From the NCBI RefSeq assembly GCF_009914755.1, contig NC_060938.1: DNA of 64,000 bases. One strand, 5' to 3'. Source of the stretch: the human T2T-CHM13v2.0 reference genome, Homo sapiens. A program made the translations under genes and the position numbers. The notes under the pieces were generated by a model. The model saw only the letters and a program-made list of their open reading frames with translations, was not told where the DNA came from and made no database searches. Below, one piece after another: positions 61,301 through 64,000 of the stretch; positions within the stretch are counted from its first letter, which is position 1, and each line of letters opens with the position of its first letter.

Positions 61301-64000
61301 AATGGAATGGAGTGGAATGGAATGGAGTTCGGACGAGAGGAATTGAGTACGGTGGAATTGACTGGAATGGAGTGTGGTGGAATGGAATGGAATGGAATGG
61401 AATGGAGTGGAATGGAATGGATTGGAGTGGAGTGAAGGGCTGTCGAGTGGAACGGAATTGAATGTAATGGAATGGAAGGGAATTTAATGGAATGGAATGG
61501 AATACAATGGAGTGGAGTGGAATGGATTAGAGTGGAATGGAATGGAACGGAATTAAATGGAATGGAGAGGAATGGAATGGAGTGGAATAGAATGGCATTC
61601 AATGGAGTGGAAAGGAATGGAGTGGACAGAAACGGATTTGAATGGAATGGAGTGGAGTGTAGTGTAATGGAATGGAATAGAATGGAACGGAGGGGAAAGG
61701 AATGGCATAGAATAGAGTGGAATGGAATGGAGTGTAGTGTAGTGAAGTGGAATGGAATGCAAGGGCATGGAACGGAATGGAATGGAATGTATTGGAGTGG
61801 AATGGAGTGGAGTGGACTGGAATGGAATGGAGGGGAATGGAATGGAGAGAAGTGGAATGGAAAGGAGTGGAGTGGAATGGAATGGAATGCAATGGAGTGG
61901 ATTGGAATGTAATGGATTGGATAGCAGTGAAATGGAATGGAATGGAATGGATTGGAGGGGAATGGAGGAGTATGCAATGGAGTGGAATGGAATGGATTGG
62001 AATGGAATGGAATGGAATGAGAGGGAGTGGAAAGGTAAGGAATTGAATTTAATACAGTGGAATTGAATGGACTGTTACGGAATGTAATGGAGTCGAATGG
62101 AGTGGATGGGAGTGGAGTGAAATGAAATGGAATGGAGTGGAGTGTAATGCAATGGAGTGGAATGTAGCGGTGTTGAGGGGATTGTAAAGGAATGGAGTGG
62201 AATTGAATGTCATTGAGTGGAAACAATGAAATGAGAAGGAATGGAATGGAATGGAATGGAATGGAAAGGAATGGAATGGAATGAAAAGGAGTGGAGTGGA
62301 ATGGAATGCAATAGAGTGGACAGGAATGCAATGGAATTCAACGGAATGGAATGGAATGGAATGGAATGGAATGGAATGGAAAGGAATGGAATGGAGTGGA
62401 ATGGAATGGAAATGAATGGAGTGGAGTGCAATGGAAAGAAATGGAGTGGAATGGAATGAAGTGGAATGTAATGTAAAAAAGGTCAGTGGAGTGGAATGAA
62501 ATTGAGTGCGATGGAGTGGAATGGAGTGGAGTGGAATGGAATGGAATGCAGTGGACTGGAGTGGAGGGCGGCCGATTGTAATGGAGTTGAATGTAATGGA
62601 ATGGAATGGAATTTAATGGAATGAAATGGAATGCAATTGAGTGGAGTGGATTGGAGTGAAGTGGAAGGGAATGGACCAGAATGGAACAGAATGGAATATA
62701 GTGGAATGGAATGGAGTTGATTGGAATGGAATGGAATGGAGTGAAATTGAATGGAGTGGAAGGGAATGCAATGGAGTGGAGTGGAGTGGAATGGAATGGA
62801 ATAGAATGGATTGGATTGGAATGGAATGACATGGAAAGGAGGGGAATGAAGTGGAGTGGAGTGGAGTGAGGTGGAATGGAATACAACAGCATGGAACAGA
62901 ATGGAATGGAATGAATTGGAATGGAATGGAATGGAATGGAGTGCAGTGGAGTGGAATGGAATTGAGTGGAGTGGAAAGGAATGGAATGGAGTGGAATACA
63001 ATGGAGGGGATGGAGTGGAGGGTGGTTAAGTGGAATGGAATTCAATGTAATGGAAAGGAAAGAATTTAATGGAATGGAATGGAATGCAATGGAGTGGAGT
63101 GGAGTGGAGTGGAGTGGAGTGGAATGTACTGGACCGGAATGGAATGGAATGGAATGGAGTGGGATGGAATGGTGTAGAATGGAATGACACAGAATGTAGT
63201 GGAATGGAATGGAGTGGAATGGAATGGAGTGGACTGGAGAAGAATGGATTGGAATGGAATGGTATGGAATGGAAGGGGATGGGAAGGAATGGAATGGTGG
63301 GGAATGGAGAGGAGTGAAATGGAATGGAATGATGTGGAGTGGAATGGAATGGAATTCAGTGGAAGGTAATGCAAATGAGTGGAATTCTGTGGATTGGAAT
63401 GGAATGCAATGGAGTGGAATGGAATGGAATGGAATGGATCGGAGTGGAATTGTACGGAATGGAGTGGAGTGGAATGGAAACGAATGGAACAGAATGTAGT
63501 GGAATAGAAAGTAAAGGAGGGGAGTGGATTGGGGTAGAAAGGAGTGGAATGCAGTGGAATAGAATGGAGTGGAATGGAATAGAATGGAATGGAGTAGAAT
63601 GGAATGGCACCGAATGGAGAGGAATGGAAGAGTGAAATGGAATGGAGTGGAATGGAATGGAGTAGAGTGGCGAGGAAAGAAAGGAATGGAATACAGTGGA
63701 ATTGAAAAAAATGGAATTTAATGGAATGGAGTGGAGTGGCGTGGAATGGAGTGGAGTGGAATGAAATGGAATGTTGAGGAGTGGAAAGGAATGGAATTCA
63801 GCGGAATGGAATGAAAGGGAATGGAATGCAATGGATTTGAATCGAATGGAATGGAATTGAGTGGAATGGAATGGAATGGAGTGGAGTGGAATGGAATGGA
63901 ATGGAGTACAAAAGAATGGAATGGAATGGAGTGCAAAAGGATGGAATGGAGATGAGTGGAATGGAATGGAATGAAATTTAGTGTAATGGAATGAAATTTA
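58371..64000 (+). repeat. GGAGT-rich (GGAAT/GGAGT)n satellite domain without Alu fragments
   Basis: GGAGT and GCAGT pentamers rise sharply and GGACTCGA largely disappears. The domain runs off the end of the window. Confidence 0.85.

Noticed and set aside
25674-64000. Many long ORFs (IPFHS- or MEWNG-repeating, up to 600 aa)
   Set aside because: These are translation artefacts of stop-free (CATTC/GGAAT)n pentamers, with no domain content.

Overview
This is primate, human-like heterochromatic DNA with no intact protein-coding gene. Bases 1-25743 are 68-bp beta (Sau3A) satellite carrying five D4Z4/LSau-derived DUX4-like pseudogene copies: three near full length (+), one internally deleted (-) and one isolated homeobox-2 fragment (-). 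An ~7.9-kb segment (10065-17925) is inverted. Bases 25744-~32100 are a composite of 21 Alu 3'-end fragments separated by GGAAT/GGAGT tracts, arranged in an ~1.5-kb five-subunit higher-order pattern. Bases ~32100-58370 are diverged HSat3 (GGAAT)n with internal ~650-bp and ~1.2-kb tandem duplications. Bases ~58370-64000 are GGAGT-rich satellite without Alu. This architecture is typical of acrocentric short arms or pericentromeres, but the chromosome cannot be assigned from the sequence alone. I found no convincing novel gene system. The best leads are the Alu-tail/GGAAT higher-order composite, pLAM-like ends with plain beta-satellite sequence at the DUX4 poly(A) site, intact C-terminal-only DUX4 ORFs, and inverted-repeat geometry. 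Comparisons to canonical DUX4, D4Z4 and Alu are from memory and need alignment to confirm.
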